From Strigamia acuminata (Eukaryota): 64,000 bases of DNA. Positions within the stretch are counted from its first letter, which is position 1. The number at the start of each line of letters is the position of its first letter. This document shows positions 1-12,464 of the stretch, in pieces. The notes beneath the pieces were generated by a model. It did no database searches. It saw nothing but the letters and a program-made list of their open reading frames with translations, and was not told the origin of the DNA. Where the stretch lies: positions 7,998,001 to 8,062,000 of the forward strand of contig OX442314.1 of NCBI GenBank assembly GCA_949358305.1, read 5' to 3'. The position numbers and the translations under genes are program-made.

Positions 1-2955
1 TTTTCCTTTCTTGATTTTTATTCCAGCGATAAATTCCAAATATTCGGGGAATTCCATAAAAATTTCCTCTTCGATTTCGCCGTTCAAATATGCCGTTATC
101 GCGTCCATTTGGTGTACGGTCAATCCCAACTCGGCTGCGATTGCCATCATCATTCGAATTGATCCCGGTCGTGCGACGGGCGCGTAGGTTTCAAAGTAGT
201 CGATGCCTGGCTGCTGTGCATATCCTTTGGCGACCAGTCGGGCCTTTCTGCGTTCGATTGACCCGTCTGCTTCAAATTTTGTGCGGAGGACCCATCTACA
301 TCCGATTACGTTTCTATTTTTCGGTCGGTCGCACTCCTCCCACGTTTCGTTTTCAATTAAAGCGTCGTATTCGTCCTTCATCGCTTTCATCCATTCTTGT
401 GGGTCGTTTCCATTCAAAGCTTCGGCCGCTGTCGTTGGATCGTCGAGAATTGCTATCTGTGCAATTTCGTCCAAAACTTCATTAGTTGTTGTCGGATTCT
501 TTCTGGTGTATCTCTTTCTGGGTGGGTCCCCATTTCGATTTGGGTAAGGTTTTGGCGTTCTCGAGGATCGTCGTGGAATTATTTGCGCGTTTTCATTCTG
601 ACGAGGTTCGGCTTCTTCGTGTTGCGTCTCTCTCTCGTCCTCATTGTCGGGCTCGTTCTCGCCTGCGCTCTCGACTTCGTCCTCGGAAATTTCGGTTCCA
701 TTCTCGATTTGATCTGTTCTGCAATCGGTGAGAATGTCATTAAAATTATTGTTATTATCGTTTTCTTCACATTCTTCATTCGTTTCATTTTCCGATTTTT
801 CGACAAATTTCACATCGCGACTTTTTATAATTTTGTTTTCGCTTTTTGACCACAAGCGATACGCCTTCGATCCGTCCCAATATCCGATGAGAATACATTC
901 TTTTGACTTCGGTTCGAACTTCCCCTTGTTCGGTTTCTTGTCCAACGCGAAGACTCTGCTTCCAAAAACCCGAAAATAGTCGACATTCGGTTTTCTTCCG
1001 GTCCAGACTTGATGCGGGATTTCATTTTCCAAACTTCTAGTCGGGCATTTATTTCGGATGTGGCATGCAGTGTTGATTGCTTCCGCCCAATATGAGTTAG
1101 GCAATTTTGCTTGCAGTAACATGCATCGTGCCATCTCGATCAAAGTTCTATTCATTCTTTCCGAGACGCCATTTTGTTCCGGGGTTCGTTCGACGCTGGT
1201 TTGGCGCTTTATGCCGTTTTCTTGTAAATACGTGTCGAATTTCTTATTTACATATTCCTTCCCGTTGTCCGATCGTAAAACTTTTAGTGCGCAACCAGTT
1301 TCCCTCTCGCAAAACGTTTTAAATGATTTGAATGCCTCGAAAACTTCGCTTTTGTGCTTCAGAAAATACACCTTGCACCACCTCGATTTGTCGTCGGTGA
1401 AGGTCACGAAGTATCTTGATCCGTTCATGGACTTTGTTGGCATTGGTCCGCAAACGTCCGAGTGTACAAGTTCCAGCAGTTTTTCGCTTTTTGACGTGGA
1501 GTCAGGAAATTTCGTACTTGCGTGCTTCCCCTCGATGCAAGTTTCACAAGTTGGCAGCTTGGCGTCCTTTTCCAAATTCATTCCGTCCGCCTTTTCGTTT
1601 AGTATTTTCAGACTTGACTCGTTCAGGTGCCCAAGTCTTTTGTGCCATTCTTGTATTTTCGTACTTGCTGGTTTTGCAGGTTTTGATCCGGTTCCGACTT
1701 CGATTTCCGCTGCAGTCGCAGCATCCTCGGTCTCGTCGACGATGTAATACAGTCCGTTCCTTTTTTCGGCGGTGAATACGATTTCTCCCTTCGGATTTAT
1801 CACTTCTGCTGATTTATCATCGAAAATCACCTTGTGTCCCCGTTCTGTGATCTTCCCGACTGACATCAAATTCGTTCGTAAATCTCGTACCAAAAGAGTT
1901 TCCGCCAAATCCAGCTTCACATTTCCGTTCCCGGTGTTGACGACAATTTTCGCGGTTCCTTTTCCGTCGATTTTTGTACTCGCTTTGCTGGCCAAATTCA
2001 GTTTTTGGTTTTTCAGGAATTCGATCGTCGAAAATGTTGAATCGTTCGAGCACATGTGGGAGCTGGCGCCGCTGTCCAAACACCAATTTTTCGGTCGTGA
2101 CGTCTCGCTTATCAGTGCTGTCTCGATTTGCTCGCAGAAAAATAATTCGTACTTGGATTTCTCGGCTCTTGATGCGCTTTCCTTCTTGCTTTTACTTCGA
2201 CAATCGGCGATTTTGTGGCCAATTTTTCCGCAACCGTGGCACTTGTATTTAAAAGCTGGTTTCTCGGTCGAATTCGAATTTTCGTCGCCGTATTTCTTTG
2301 GTTGCTTACGTTTTTGGAACGTTTTTCTGGCCATCATGGCGTCCGACACGTCTTCTTTTCCTTTTCCGCGGGCGATCGACTCGTCTTTGATTTTTCCCTC
2401 CAAAACTTCCAGTGAAGGCAATTTGTCTTGCGATTCTATTGCGCATCTGAAGTTGTCGTAAGAGTTTGGCAGGCTTAGTAGTAGTAGAATCGTCGTGAAG
2501 TCTTCGGGCATCTTGAAATCCATGTCTAGTAGCTTATCCACCAGCTCGAAGAATTCTTTTAAGTGATTCTCCACGTTTTCTCCGTCCGCCATTTTGTGTG
2601 TTGCGAGTCGTTTTAACAACGTGATTTTTCTTGCCGGTCCTTTGGATTGGTACACACTGTGCAACTTCTTCCATAATTCATTCGCGGTGTTGCAATTTTT
2701 GGCCATTCGAAGTTCCGATTGTTTTATATTTAGCAAAATGTCATTTTTGGCTGTTCGATCACTTTTCTCCCACGTTTCGATCTCCTTCACGCGTTTCGCG
2801 TTTCCTTCGATGGTTTCTGGTCGTTTCGACGTACCTTCCGCGTGCACGAGTAGGTCCCGTTGATCCAAAATTGCTTCCATCTGGATCTTCCATGTGTCGA
2901 AGTTTTCCTTTCCCAACGCCTCGATTCGAGCTGAATTTCCGCCGCCGTTCGCCAT
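1..2955 (-). CDS. Ty1/copia gag-pol polyprotein, running off the left edge of the window
   Basis: ATG at 2955 (MANGGGNSARIEALGKENFDTWKIQM). Motifs in copia order: CHGCGKIGHKIADC zinc knuckle, WCLDSGAS protease, WHKRLGHLN pre-integrase, and RT 'HQMDAITAYLNGEIEEEIFM' near 1-120. All segments I translated are in one frame. Probably absent from the ORF track because it has no stop in the window. Confidence 0.95.
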   Translation of the reverse strand, partial: MANGGGNSARIEALGKENFDTWKIQMEAILDQRDLLVHAEGTSKRPETIEGNAKRVKEIETWEKSDRTAKNDILLNIKQSELRMAKNCNTANELWKKLHSVYQSKGPARKITLLKRLATHKMADGENVENHLKEFFELVDKLLDMDFKMPEDFTTILLLLSLPNSYDNFRCAIESQDKLPSLEVLEGKIKDESIARGKGKEDVSDAMMARKTFQKRKQPKKYGDENSNSTEKPAFKYKCHGCGKIGHKIADCRSKSKKESASRAEKSKYELFFCEQIETALISETSRPKNWCLDSGASSHMCSNDSTFSTIEFLKNQKLNLASKASTKIDGKGTAKIVVNTGNGNVKLDLAETLLVRDLRTNLMSVGKITERGHKVIFDDKSAEVINPKGEIVFTAEKRNGLYYIVDETEDAATAAEIEVGTGSKPAKPASTKIQEWHKRLGHLNESSLKILNEKADGMNLEKDAKLPTCETCIEGKHASTKFPDSTSKSEKLLELVHSDVCGPMPTKSMNGSRYFVTFTDDKSRWCKVYFLKHKSEVFEAFKSFKTFCERETGCALKVLRSDNGKEYVNKKFDTYLQENGIKRQTSVERTPEQNGVSERMNRTLIEMARCMLLQAKLPNSYWAEAINTACHIRNKCPTRSLENEIPHQVWTGRKPNVDYFRVFGSRVFALDKKPNKGKFEPKSKECILIGYWDGSKAYRLWSKSENKIIKSRDVKFVEKSENETNEECEENDNNNNFNDILTDCRTDQIENGTEISEDEVESAGENEPDNEDERETQHEEAEPRQNENAQIIPRRSSRTPKPYPNRNGDPPRKRYTRKNPTTTNEVLDEIAQIAILDDPTTAAEALNGNDPQEWMKAMKDEYDALIENETWEECDRPKNRNVIGCRWVLRTKFEADGSIERRKARLVAKGYAQQPGIDYFETYAPVARPGSIRMMMAIAAELGLTVHQMDAITAYLNGEIEEEIFMEFPEYLEFIAGIKIKKGK

Positions 2956-3046
2956 CGTTTCTTAGTTCTGTTTTTTGTGGAATGTTCGTGTTAAATTCGT
3001 TTTTAACTTCCTCGAATGTTCCGGTACAAAACTTGATGATTTTTAA

Positions 3047-3076
3047 GCGCAGTGGAAGCGTGCTGGGCCCATAACC
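3047..3076 (-). promoter_or_regulatory. Primer-binding site complementary to nt 10-39 of tRNA-iMet
   Basis: The plus strand reads GCGCAGTGGAAGCGTGCTGGGCCCATAACC, a 30/30 match to the tRNA gene at 50643-50714. Confidence 0.92.
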
Positions 3077-3447
3077 TGTAGTTTTTGTTCTAATATGTTG
3101 GAGGCATAAAAATGGAGACGCGTGGTTGTTAGGTGAAAATATTAACAGTGATGGTTTTAATCTTAAACAGATGTTAAAAAGTGCGTGGAGCACCAAATAC
3201 AATTCGGGTCACTGATTGGTCAGTGTCAGTGACAGGTGCACAGGTGACAAAGACACCTGGCGGACAGGAATACAACATTCAATAAACAACATTCTATTTG
3301 CCTAGCTATTGCTTGAAAATGTGTTCATTTAATTCTTTTGTCATTCTAGTTATCATAAGGTATTTTGCGGTTTGCAATATATTGCGACTTACTTATATTG
3401 TAAGCTATCATGCAGTTTCTACATGATACCATGTGTTATGCACAGAT

Positions 3448-3973
3448 TAGTGAGTTTGCGGTTGCCAATTGTTCCTTATAATTATGAGTTACAAGCTCAT
3501 AATTATAATTATAATTCCTTCTTGAAATAGGCACTTGCGGTACAATAAATATATTTTATAAATTATACTTATGAATACCATGTAATGGTAGAACAAATCC
3601 CTACGCAAAAGAAAATGAGAATCTGTAATTTTACTAATTTGACAGTTTTCAGACATGAAATTTTCTTCCAGTTTATTTATTTGCTTACCTGGAATGATTT
3701 TAGTTGTTTCTATCCTTCGATGGCAGAAAGAAATTGTGATTGAGGCTGAATGTTGAAACAGGTCAGGCAGCCATTTTGAATTTCCATTAGCACCATCAGC
3801 GCCATTTGCAATAGTGGGAGGAGCTTCAAATAGTGTTAAGCGATCTGATTGGCTCCCTTATTTTACAAAATAGTGTAAAAGTTGAGGAGTTACGTTATGC
3901 TATAAGTCCATTTTTATAATTATGAGCTTGTAACTCACAATTATAAGGAACAATTGGCAACCGCAAACACAGT
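3448..3973. mobile_element. MITE with long TIRs, copy 1
   Basis: TIR GTGAGTTTGCGGTTGCCAATTGTTCCTTATAATTATGAGTTACAAGCTC at both ends, with probable TA flanks. An inverted copy lies at 6425-6975. Confidence 0.8.
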
Positions 3974-4376
3974 AAATGACAACAACAACAGTAAACAAAC
4001 GCAAACACCCTCTACCAAATACACCAGTAACCTTTTTATCCGTTTTTATCAGTTTTTTTTTTGGTTTTCTGCAGTTTTGCATTTTTCGGCGGTTTTGTGG
4101 TATTTGTGATTTTTTGCGGTTTTTTGCGGTTTGCAGTGAATTTCCATAATCGCACTGCGATTGTTATAAAAAACCGCAGTGCGATTATAGAAATTAAAAT
4201 ATTGCCGTGCGATATATCGCACTCGTGAACAACGCTAACACTCGGCATTGAAGTCAAATTAACTATAAGTAAGTTCTCTCCAACAATGCATTTTGCATTT
4301 GTATTACTGTATTAACTACTGATATTGCAATGTGAAATGAAGGGTGAATTTGAAGAAAAGAAAATCTATAAATTAC

Positions 4377-7300
4377 CTGTGTTTATTCGTGAGCAATTAC
4401 CAAAAGGAAGTGGAATAGGATGAGTTGATAAATTACGCATTGTTACATCACCCATCTACGAAAACAATACTTTTCAGTTTTGTGTTTCTTTTGGGAATAC
4501 TCTGTATAACATTAATAGTGTATACCCGTGGAAAAAAAATTCCCCTTCTGTTTAGCTGTTTTAAGTTTACTTGCATAAAAATCTATTGAGATTCGACGAC
4601 ATCACTCTTGACCTGGTCTCTTTTCTTGCCCTAACAACAGTGTTGGGCAAGGTACTCCCAATATATACCGCGGTACAAGTACGCGGTACTTCCGCCGACG
4701 CTGAAATGTACCGCGGTCCCGGTACCGGTACTTGCTGCGTCCTCAAAAAGTACCGCGGTACTGGTACCGAAACTTGCTACGTCCTCAAAAAGTACCGCGG
4801 TCCCGGTACAGTACCGGTACCGGGATTTTGCGGTACATCTCGCGGTACTCGGAAAAACGCAAGAAAACACGAGATTCTCGTGTTCTCTCCCGTTTTCCAC
4901 TTTAAAGTTAAAAACTTGATGTTTGTACTCATTCAAAGTGAGTATAAACGTCAATAAGTTGTAATATTTGTAATATTTTTTGCTAATAAATTAAAATGAA
5001 GTCTTATTTCAACCAAAATTATAGTTTTCATTAGAATAACACGTCGTGCGCACGTACATTCACCCGTTTTTTGACGGGTGCGCTGCATTGAAGCACCAGC
5101 CCATAATTTTGATTTACAGGGCGCCGAAAGTACCGCGATACAAGTACGCGGTACTACCGTGGACTACGAAAACTACCGCGGTACAAGTACGCGATACTTC
5201 CGTAGACTACGAAAAGTACCGCAGTGCAGGGCTGCGGTACAGGGCTGCGGTACAGTACCGGTACCGGTACTGTATCGTGCCCAACACTGCCTAACAATAG
5301 TATTAAAAGATAGACCGAGCAAATCATGATGTCATTAAATCTAAATGGTTGTTTACGCCTCCTTGTGAACAAACTTAAAACTGCCGTACCGGTACTGCAG
5401 AGATGTTTTTTTTCAATGGGTGTACCTTTTTTAGATTTTTACAATATTTCGAATTTTATCATGGACGTTTACTGTTTTCCAGATTTCTTCCAGTGACAAT
5501 TTGTTGCTGAACAATTGCCAGGGCGATATTTCATTGCAGGTTTTTTTGGTGTGCTTCAGTAAGTGTAATCTGGCTTCGTTCATCTTATTATTTTTTCGTT
5601 CGCCACAGATTGTGACTGACTGAAAATCGGTGTATCGACGTTGAACTATTTCAACGATCTTTGATACCGGTTCATCAATGTAGTAATTGAAACGAATGTG
5701 CAAGCAATACAACGTAAATCCTGCAGTCACAAATATTAGCAGATATTGAAGCTTTTTTAAAACTCTTGCTGTCATGGTTTGTTTTTTGCTTGCAGTGACT
5801 TTCTTCTTGCATATCTCATACAAATAGCGGATCTTATAGACGGGCTTCTTTTGATTTATGTTTGATGCAACGTAATGTAAATACCAAGTAATTTCGGGTA
5901 ATGAAAGTACTGATAGGCCAAGAAACAGGCCCAGATTGCCTCCGAAATCTGATAGTAGAGCAATAACGTCGTAGGTGTATCGTTCTACATACACGCTAAT
6001 TTTCTCATTACTTATTATTACAGATGCAAGGAATGTTTTATCATCATCTGCTATGCCTGTGTCAGTGGATGTTGCTAAAGTTATTTGTTGACATGGACGT
6101 CGACAGAGACAAAAAGATGAAGGATTTAGGTAAGTAATGAATAATGCTGCGGTGACAAATTGTTTGAATGTGTTTTCAGAACACTTGCAAAGTGGCAAAT
6201 CCACTTTCATAAAGGGAAATCTGTCAAAGATGATTATTATTTTTTTATTGCATGACACCACACCTGCATGTAATTCTTACCTGCATGTAAGATGCTTTTT
6301 CAGTTTTTTAAAGAGACAACTTTGATAGCATTCTTTGTATTCTTCATCACTGGAGCATGGATTTATAGATGAATTGAGAAATATGAACTAAAATTTAAAA
6401 CAGAATAGTGATTTATGCAGTTAATAGTGAGTTTGCGGTTGCCAATTGTTCCTTATAATTATGAGTTACAAGCTCATAATTATAAAAATGGACTTATAAC
6501 ATAACGTAACTCCTCAACTTTTACTCTATTTTGTAAAATAAGGGAGCCAATCAGATCGCTTAACACTATTTGAAGCTCCTCCCACTATTGCAAATGGCGC
6601 TGATGGTGCTAATGGAAATTCAAAATGGCTGCCCGACCTGTTTCAACATTCAGCCTCAATCACAATTTCTTTCTGCCATCGAAGGATAGAAACAACTAAA
6701 ATTATTCCAGGTAAGCAAATAAATAAACTGGAAGACAATTTCATGTCTGAAAAATGTCAAATTAGTAAAACTACAGATTTTCATTTTCTTTTGCATATGG
6801 ATTTGTTCTACCATTATATGCAAGGGATTTGTACTGTTCACGTGGTATTTATAAGTATAATTTATAAAATACATTTGTTGTACCGCAAGTGCCTAATCCA
6901 AGAAGGAATTATAATTATAATTATGAGCTTGTAACTCATAATTATAAGAAACAATTGACAACCGCAAACTCACTATTTTCTTACGTAAAATTTTACTTTG
7001 TTATAACGCAAATGAATGTTTGATGTTTCACCAGGAAATTGAATTGCTACGCAGTAGTTACTTCCAAAATCATAGAAAGCAAAGCAAAGCTATGTGCAAA
7101 AAAAAATAATTAATACAAATCATAATTAATTTTTATTTATTAAAATTACCGAATATGGCACTGTAGGGCACATATAATCATAACTTTTTTCCATTTTTAC
7201 TGTGACTACTTGTCCAACAAATGAGTCGCTTGAAGCTTTTGCTGTGTAAATGATTGATAAAATGTATTGAAGACACAGCTAAATGTTTGTTAATAGTTAC

Positions 7301-7905
7301 AAAATTTAATCGTTGAGCAAATTCCACGCGTGCTGCTGGTTTCTGTTAGAACAATTGTTTTGTTTGAATTTGGATATCTCTGCATGAAATAATTAAGTTT
7401 TTAAATAATCATTTTTTAAAAATAATTATTTTTTTACTTTTATTTTTACGCTGACCACTTCTTTTGTCAAATTAGTCGCTTTCCAAAGTTCATCCATATG
7501 GTAATCTGGGATTGTCATCATAATTTCCCATGTATTAAAACATTGGCTGGCTTTATGAGTTCTTTTCCAAAGTCTGTCCATTTCTTTTGTATTTCTATTG
7601 CAGATCATCAAGTTTGGTAGTTCTACATCTTCCGATTTACTCGTCACATCAACAACTGTTGGATAACTTAAGTAATGCTTTATTCTACCGTAAGTCTGAT
7701 AAGTGAGCATACACGTGCAAAATGAGAATAAAAGCAGCCAAAAAATGTGACGCTTGCTCCCACGATGATTGCTATTTATAAAATCATCCAAGCCGATTAA
7801 ATTGCATCTGAGGTTGTTTACATCATCCTTCAACAATTGGTGAATTGCCAAACGTAGTTTACTTAATCCTTGCCTGTTTCTTCTCATGAAAGAAGAATTC
7901 TGCAT
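4377..7905 (-). CDS. Double-domain DEG/ENaC gene copy A, exons 1-7; 3' part not resolved, possibly disrupted
   Basis: Exons 7438-7905, 7301-7379, 7150-7241, 6997-7089, 6281-6387, about 5443-6220 and 4377-4455. Exons 2-5 are the same size as in copy C. Motifs: SYPTVV, CRRPC, LLSDFGGNLGLFLGLS, then a second TM1. The exon 6 donor is shifted and a TAA follows at 5431-5433. Confidence 0.8.
4638..5289. mobile_element. hAT-type MITE rich in GGTAC/GTACC subterminal repeats
   Basis: TIR CAGTGTTGGGCA...TGCCCAACACTG; 8-bp TSD CCTAACAA at 4630-4637 and 5290-5297. Confidence 0.92.
6425..6975. mobile_element. MITE copy 2, in intron 4 of copy A
   Basis: TAGTGAGTTTGCGG...CCGCAAACTCACTA; reverse-complement match to 3448-3973; absent from the equivalent introns of copies C and D. 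Confidence 0.85.
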
Positions 7906-8639
7906 TGTATCTTATTTGCAATGGCCAGATTTCAAACTGGTTTCAACAATGTTTTTGTAACGGCAATTGATGTATTGGATTTACCTGCTTTTGGTCATGT
8001 TAAGAAGATAATGAAAAGTTATCTGATGTCTACAGTGCTGAGTTCTGAATTGTCACTTGTAGCTAAAATGCAAATGGTTTTCTAGTCGATGTCGGGTTTC
8101 TTTTGCGCTTTTCGCTTGTCCGTTGTCCCTTATTTATCTGTCGGTGAACTTGTCTTGATGAAAGACGATCAACTGCAAGATATTTGGTGTCAGATTAGTT
8201 CTGAGTCCTGAATGACTTATTTTTTATTTAATATCTTATTTCCAATAGAAGTACTTAGTGTGATTACTATCGATTTATACATTTCTTATTAATACGGTTG
8301 ATGGTTGGAAAAAGGTTTTCTTGTTTTTTTTTTATACTGTTTGTTGAATTATTCACTGCACGATCCATCCAAATCTAGAACGCCTACGCTAATTAGGGGC
8401 TAGTTGTGGTTAGTAATCAATCACACATGTCAATAATTTTCTCAAGGCACTTTTTACATCCAGAAATGATTGATCGACAGTGGAATGAAGTTTAAACAAA
8501 GAAAAAATATCGCAGATGCCCATTAAGTTTATAAGGCCGGTGGAATCATTTGGTTTGACTCAGCCAAGTTGAATTAAATTAAATGTTTGACCAAAACCTC
8601 GCACAAAACGGAACAATACTCGTATTTGTGTTATTTTAG

Positions 8640-8864
8640 ATGTGGCCGCACATTGGCCAGATTTGTACCCCAATGGCCAATCCAACTGCCGGAAAAGTGA
8701 CAAATTGTATTTACCACTTATCAATGAATTTTGGATTTCCAAGAAAAATTATATCTGATAATGGACCACAATTCCGTTGTGACTGCTTGGCCACCCACAG
8801 TGACCTGCGTCACTGCCACACACCGCCTTACGGCCCCAAGGTAGTCCCCTTTGCGGTGGACTGA
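8640..8864 (+). pseudogene. Degenerate gypsy integrase fragment
   Basis: FGFPRKIISDNGPQFR, nearly identical to the motif in the pol ORF at 56209-60240. Confidence 0.7.
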
Positions 8865-9084
8865 CCCAGTACGGGGGAGTACTGATGTCACGCTCATTAC
8901 CGACTACGAGTCGGGTCTGTTGCTCGCTAACTAGAGCATATGGCCAAATGTAAGGCACCAAGGATGCTTATTCCACTACTGCCAGGCACATTGGAGGAAG
9001 GTGCAATCGCTTGGCATGGTAACTTCGTACAAAGCAGTGCCAGAAGTGAAGAGCCTGGTGAAAAAGGCAATGGCATAACTGTTT

Positions 9085-9351
9085 TTGAAGCCCGAAGATA
9101 TTCAAGCCAGATTTGATGCGGTGTACGACGAATTTTGTACTTCAAACCTAGGTGATGTTTTTGACAGAATGATCTATCTTTTCCTTGGGTATGTAAACGA
9201 AACTTGGCTTGATGGGGTAGCAGCAGTGCAGTTGTCTGTCTTCGACCAAGTTTGCCGAACAAACAACGTCGTTGAAGCTTTCCATCCAACATTGCAACGC
9301 AAGCTGAAAGTCACCCACCTGAATGTGTGGGCTTTCATTGACACATTCTAG
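9085..9351 (+). pseudogene. Degenerate MULE/Mutator-like transposase fragment
   Basis: YVNETWL...RTNNVVEAFH...LNVWAFI resembles the C-terminal catalytic segment of MULE transposases. Confidence 0.55.
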
Positions 9352-9959
9352 TCTTTGGAGTTGGTATACTCAAGGAAATATACACAACTCCTAGGTGGTG
9401 CCTTGACGAAACGTGAGCGCCTTTAGAGTGCTTAGGGTCACGGAGAAATATCGGTCTGGTCTGCTCAGTATCCGGATGTACTGTTGAGAATGATGTGTGA
9501 ATTCACCTTAAAATTCTTAAAGCATCAGGTGTTTTAATCCATCATTCTTTTAAAATACAGTATTTTTATTTTTATTTGATTTCTGTGTTGAATATTCAAA
9601 CTTCAAAGTATGGATTCCACTGAAGGCCTAACCTTTGGATGGTAATTAAACTGTTGTAGGTTGTAGGACTGACTTTATTTGTAAATATGTGGGAACATGG
9701 ACAGTGTTTAAATCCAACATCCAATATGTCAGAAAGTGAACAATAAGTTTGTTGCTGTTCCTTATCACTATGACAACCAAAACTGTCTGCTACTTATGAT
9801 CATTTTATTGCGTTATTAATTTAAAATTACATTTAAAACACTTGTGTATAATAACAAATGGAATAGTGTGCAGAAATATAATTAATTTTTGTTTTTCAAA
9901 GGATAATTATGTAGTTTTATACATGGTGAAGTACCACTGAACGACAGTAGATAGAATTA

Positions 9960-10466
9960 CCGTATTACCCCGCTTATTGCCGCATGCCATTGGTCATGGG
10001 TTTATGACCATTTCAAATGGCGCCAAAAAAGTCTATATTGAAACATGCCGGTATAGAGCGAAACATGCCGGTATAGAGCGAAACATGCCGGTATAGAGCG
10101 AAACATGCCGGTATAGAGCGAAACATGCCGGTATAGAGCGAAACATGCCGGTATAAATAAAAAAAATTTTTTGTTTTTTTTTGTTTTAAAGAGCCCAGAT
10201 GATAAATTATGTTAAAATTTGGGCCTGAAATTTAAGTTTTCTTGATATTCTGAAGATTACTACTAATTTTTTTGAAATATTTATAGAAATTTAGGCCATT
10301 TCCTACATTTTGGACATCGAAATATGAGTTTTAAGCATGTTTTAGGCTCAAAATTAAAAAAAAATTCGTATTCAATTATACCGGCATGCCATTGAAAACG
10401 GGGTTTATTGGCATGCCGGCAATATTCGCACTTTACCGACATGTGGCAATAAGCGGGGTAATACGG
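9960..10466. mobile_element. Tc1/mariner-type MITE (TA TSD) with an internal 20-bp tandem repeat
   Basis: TA|CCGTATTACCCCGCTTATTGCC...GGCAATAAGCGGGGTAATACGG|TA. The paralogous region near 25220-25240 shows the empty site. A related end fragment lies at about 23075-23326. Confidence 0.88.
10040..10155. repeat. 20-bp tandem repeat GAAACATGCCGGTATAGAGC, about 6 units
   Basis: Directly visible in the sequence. Confidence 0.95.
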
Positions 10467-10590
10467 TATAAAATTTGATATAGAATTTTAATAAAAAATT
10501 AATTTCTAACAATTATAAACAAATTAAATAATCGCATTATTAAGATACCGACTCTTAATCTAGTAAATACAGAATAACAAATGGAATAGT

Positions 10591-11070
10591 AGGGGGTTTC
10601 ATTAAATAAGCGATTAGTTGATTACGTTGATTACTTTGATTAGTCGATTACTTGATATATCATGTGACTGAATTCAACCAATCCCAAGAATAATCATTCA
10701 TCAAATAAGCAACTCAGCAACTAATCAAGTAATCATCCCAAACCATAATTTTCTGCTGACTTTGGCCGATTATAAGTGGTCTGTCGACTGAAACCAACAT
10801 GGCGGCGCCACACCTGCTCAAACTACACAAGGTCATAATAATAAAGTCTGCTCAGTTTAGGTTAAACTGAACACATGAAATGAGTTAGGTAGTTGCAATA
10901 ATTATTTGTTGGAACTTTTTTTAAACAATTGCTACGAATTTACGCGCAATTTAAACAATTCCGCCCATCGGAACAATAATCACATAATCAGATTTTTGTT
11001 GGGCCCTCAATTATTGAGTGATTATGATTTTTGCAATAATCAACTAATCGCTCATTTAATGAAACCCTCT
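10591..11070. mobile_element. MITE with 3-bp AGT TSD, probably PIF/Harbinger-related
   Basis: TIR AGGGGGTTTCATTAAAT...ATTTAATGAAACCCTCT; empty paralogous site at about 25350-25365. Confidence 0.8.
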
Positions 11071-11682
11071 AGTGTATGGAAACACAATTAATTTAGTTTT
11101 TAAAGGATAATTAGGCAGTACATTCGTTTCGTGAAGTGCTACAGAACATTTGATAGCATTATAGAATTAAATACGTGTAATAACATTAAGGGATAATCTG
11201 GCTTATTTTGATTTTTTAAAATTTAAAATTTATATTTTTCTTGTAATAATTAAAAATAGAAGAAAAAATTAATTATGTACTACGCAAGAATTTAAATGTT
11301 TTATTATAAACAATTTTTATGTAGGCATCGTTTATTTGTGATAGCCTCACAGGCGCCCAATGAGAATAGAGCAGTGCTTTTAGATCGGAGGAATATCAGT
11401 AAATAGAAGAGCAAAATAAAAGAGCATACTTCTATAGATAGGCACCACCAGCAAGAATTCAATTGTAAACAAGTTCAACAATTACAATCTGTTGTATTTC
11501 AGTTAAAAATGTAACTTTTATACTACTATGTTTTCAACAATGTAATCAGAAAACAACATTATTTCAATGTGAGTGCATTAAAATAATTTTATGATTTTAT
11601 ATTCTTAAAATTTCAAATACGAAAATTGTTGCAACTGTGACTAAGATTTAAAAGATTTTGCATATTGATAGCTTTTCCCAAT

Positions 11683-12320
11683 TCATTTTTTATTGCTACT
11701 TTTAGAACCAAATCGAAAACTCTGATACCAATTATAAGTGTTTAAAATGCAAATATAGAACGACAGTAATGACATTCCCAAACCTAATCCTACAATGCTA
11801 CCGACATCGCTAAGCAATTGAGATACCGGGTATGCTTGTTGCTCTTCTATAATCTCTAAGTAAGTATCAGGGAATTGAAGAAGTATATGTGTTATAGATT
11901 TAAATAGAAATTTAGTCCCATGCAAACTAATTTTGTAAAAATTGTTTACGCATGGCAGTCTGCATTTGCATTGTTTTTGATTTGAGTCAAAAGCCTTTAA
12001 GTACATTAAATGAGCCGTAGTGATTTCCTTTGTTGTGTTACAAACTGGTAAATTCGATCTCCAAAAATAAGGTAATCTGAAACAAACAGCGATTTTGTGA
12101 ATAGGTTGACTGCTGAAAAGGTTAGATATTTTTTTAAATAAAGATATAGGTAGATTTTCTATTGATAAAATCGAAATTTGAGAAAAGTGAATTATATGAA
12201 CATAGCATACTTGCAGTTCAAAGTTTGGACAAAATCCTTTTTCATGCAAGCATTTTTACACTTGAAATAAGTATTTTTGTTCTCTTCACATGGATTATGC
12301 TTTGTATTTCTTCGTATAGT
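11683..12320 (-). pseudogene. DEG/ENaC copy B remnant, exons 10-11 only
   Basis: Exons 12211-12320 and 11683-12076, very similar to copy C (CKCRLPC, LLSDVGSIVGLGLGMS). Exons 1-9 were not found. The matching upstream region survives at about 23358-23575. Confidence 0.85.
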
Positions 12321-12464
12321 CTAATTCAAACAATCAAAGTGCATTAGTATAAAAGTATATACCATATTCCTTCGAAAAAGGGGCTTTTATTCAAAACTGC
12401 AATCGTCAACCGCAACTTTAATATCCGTTTTTCATAAAGAAAAATAATATTTTTGTGTATTTAA

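Larger units (their letters stand above)
1..3291 (-). mobile_element. Ty1/copia LTR retrotransposon, 5' part; 5' LTR about 3077-3291
   Basis: The LTR ends in CA directly next to the PBS at 3076. The outer LTR end is ambiguous (3277 or 3291). Confidence 0.9.

Noticed and set aside
90..3074. Long plus-strand ORFs (e.g. 1058-1747, 1772-2461)
   Set aside because: Antisense shadows of the copia polyprotein.
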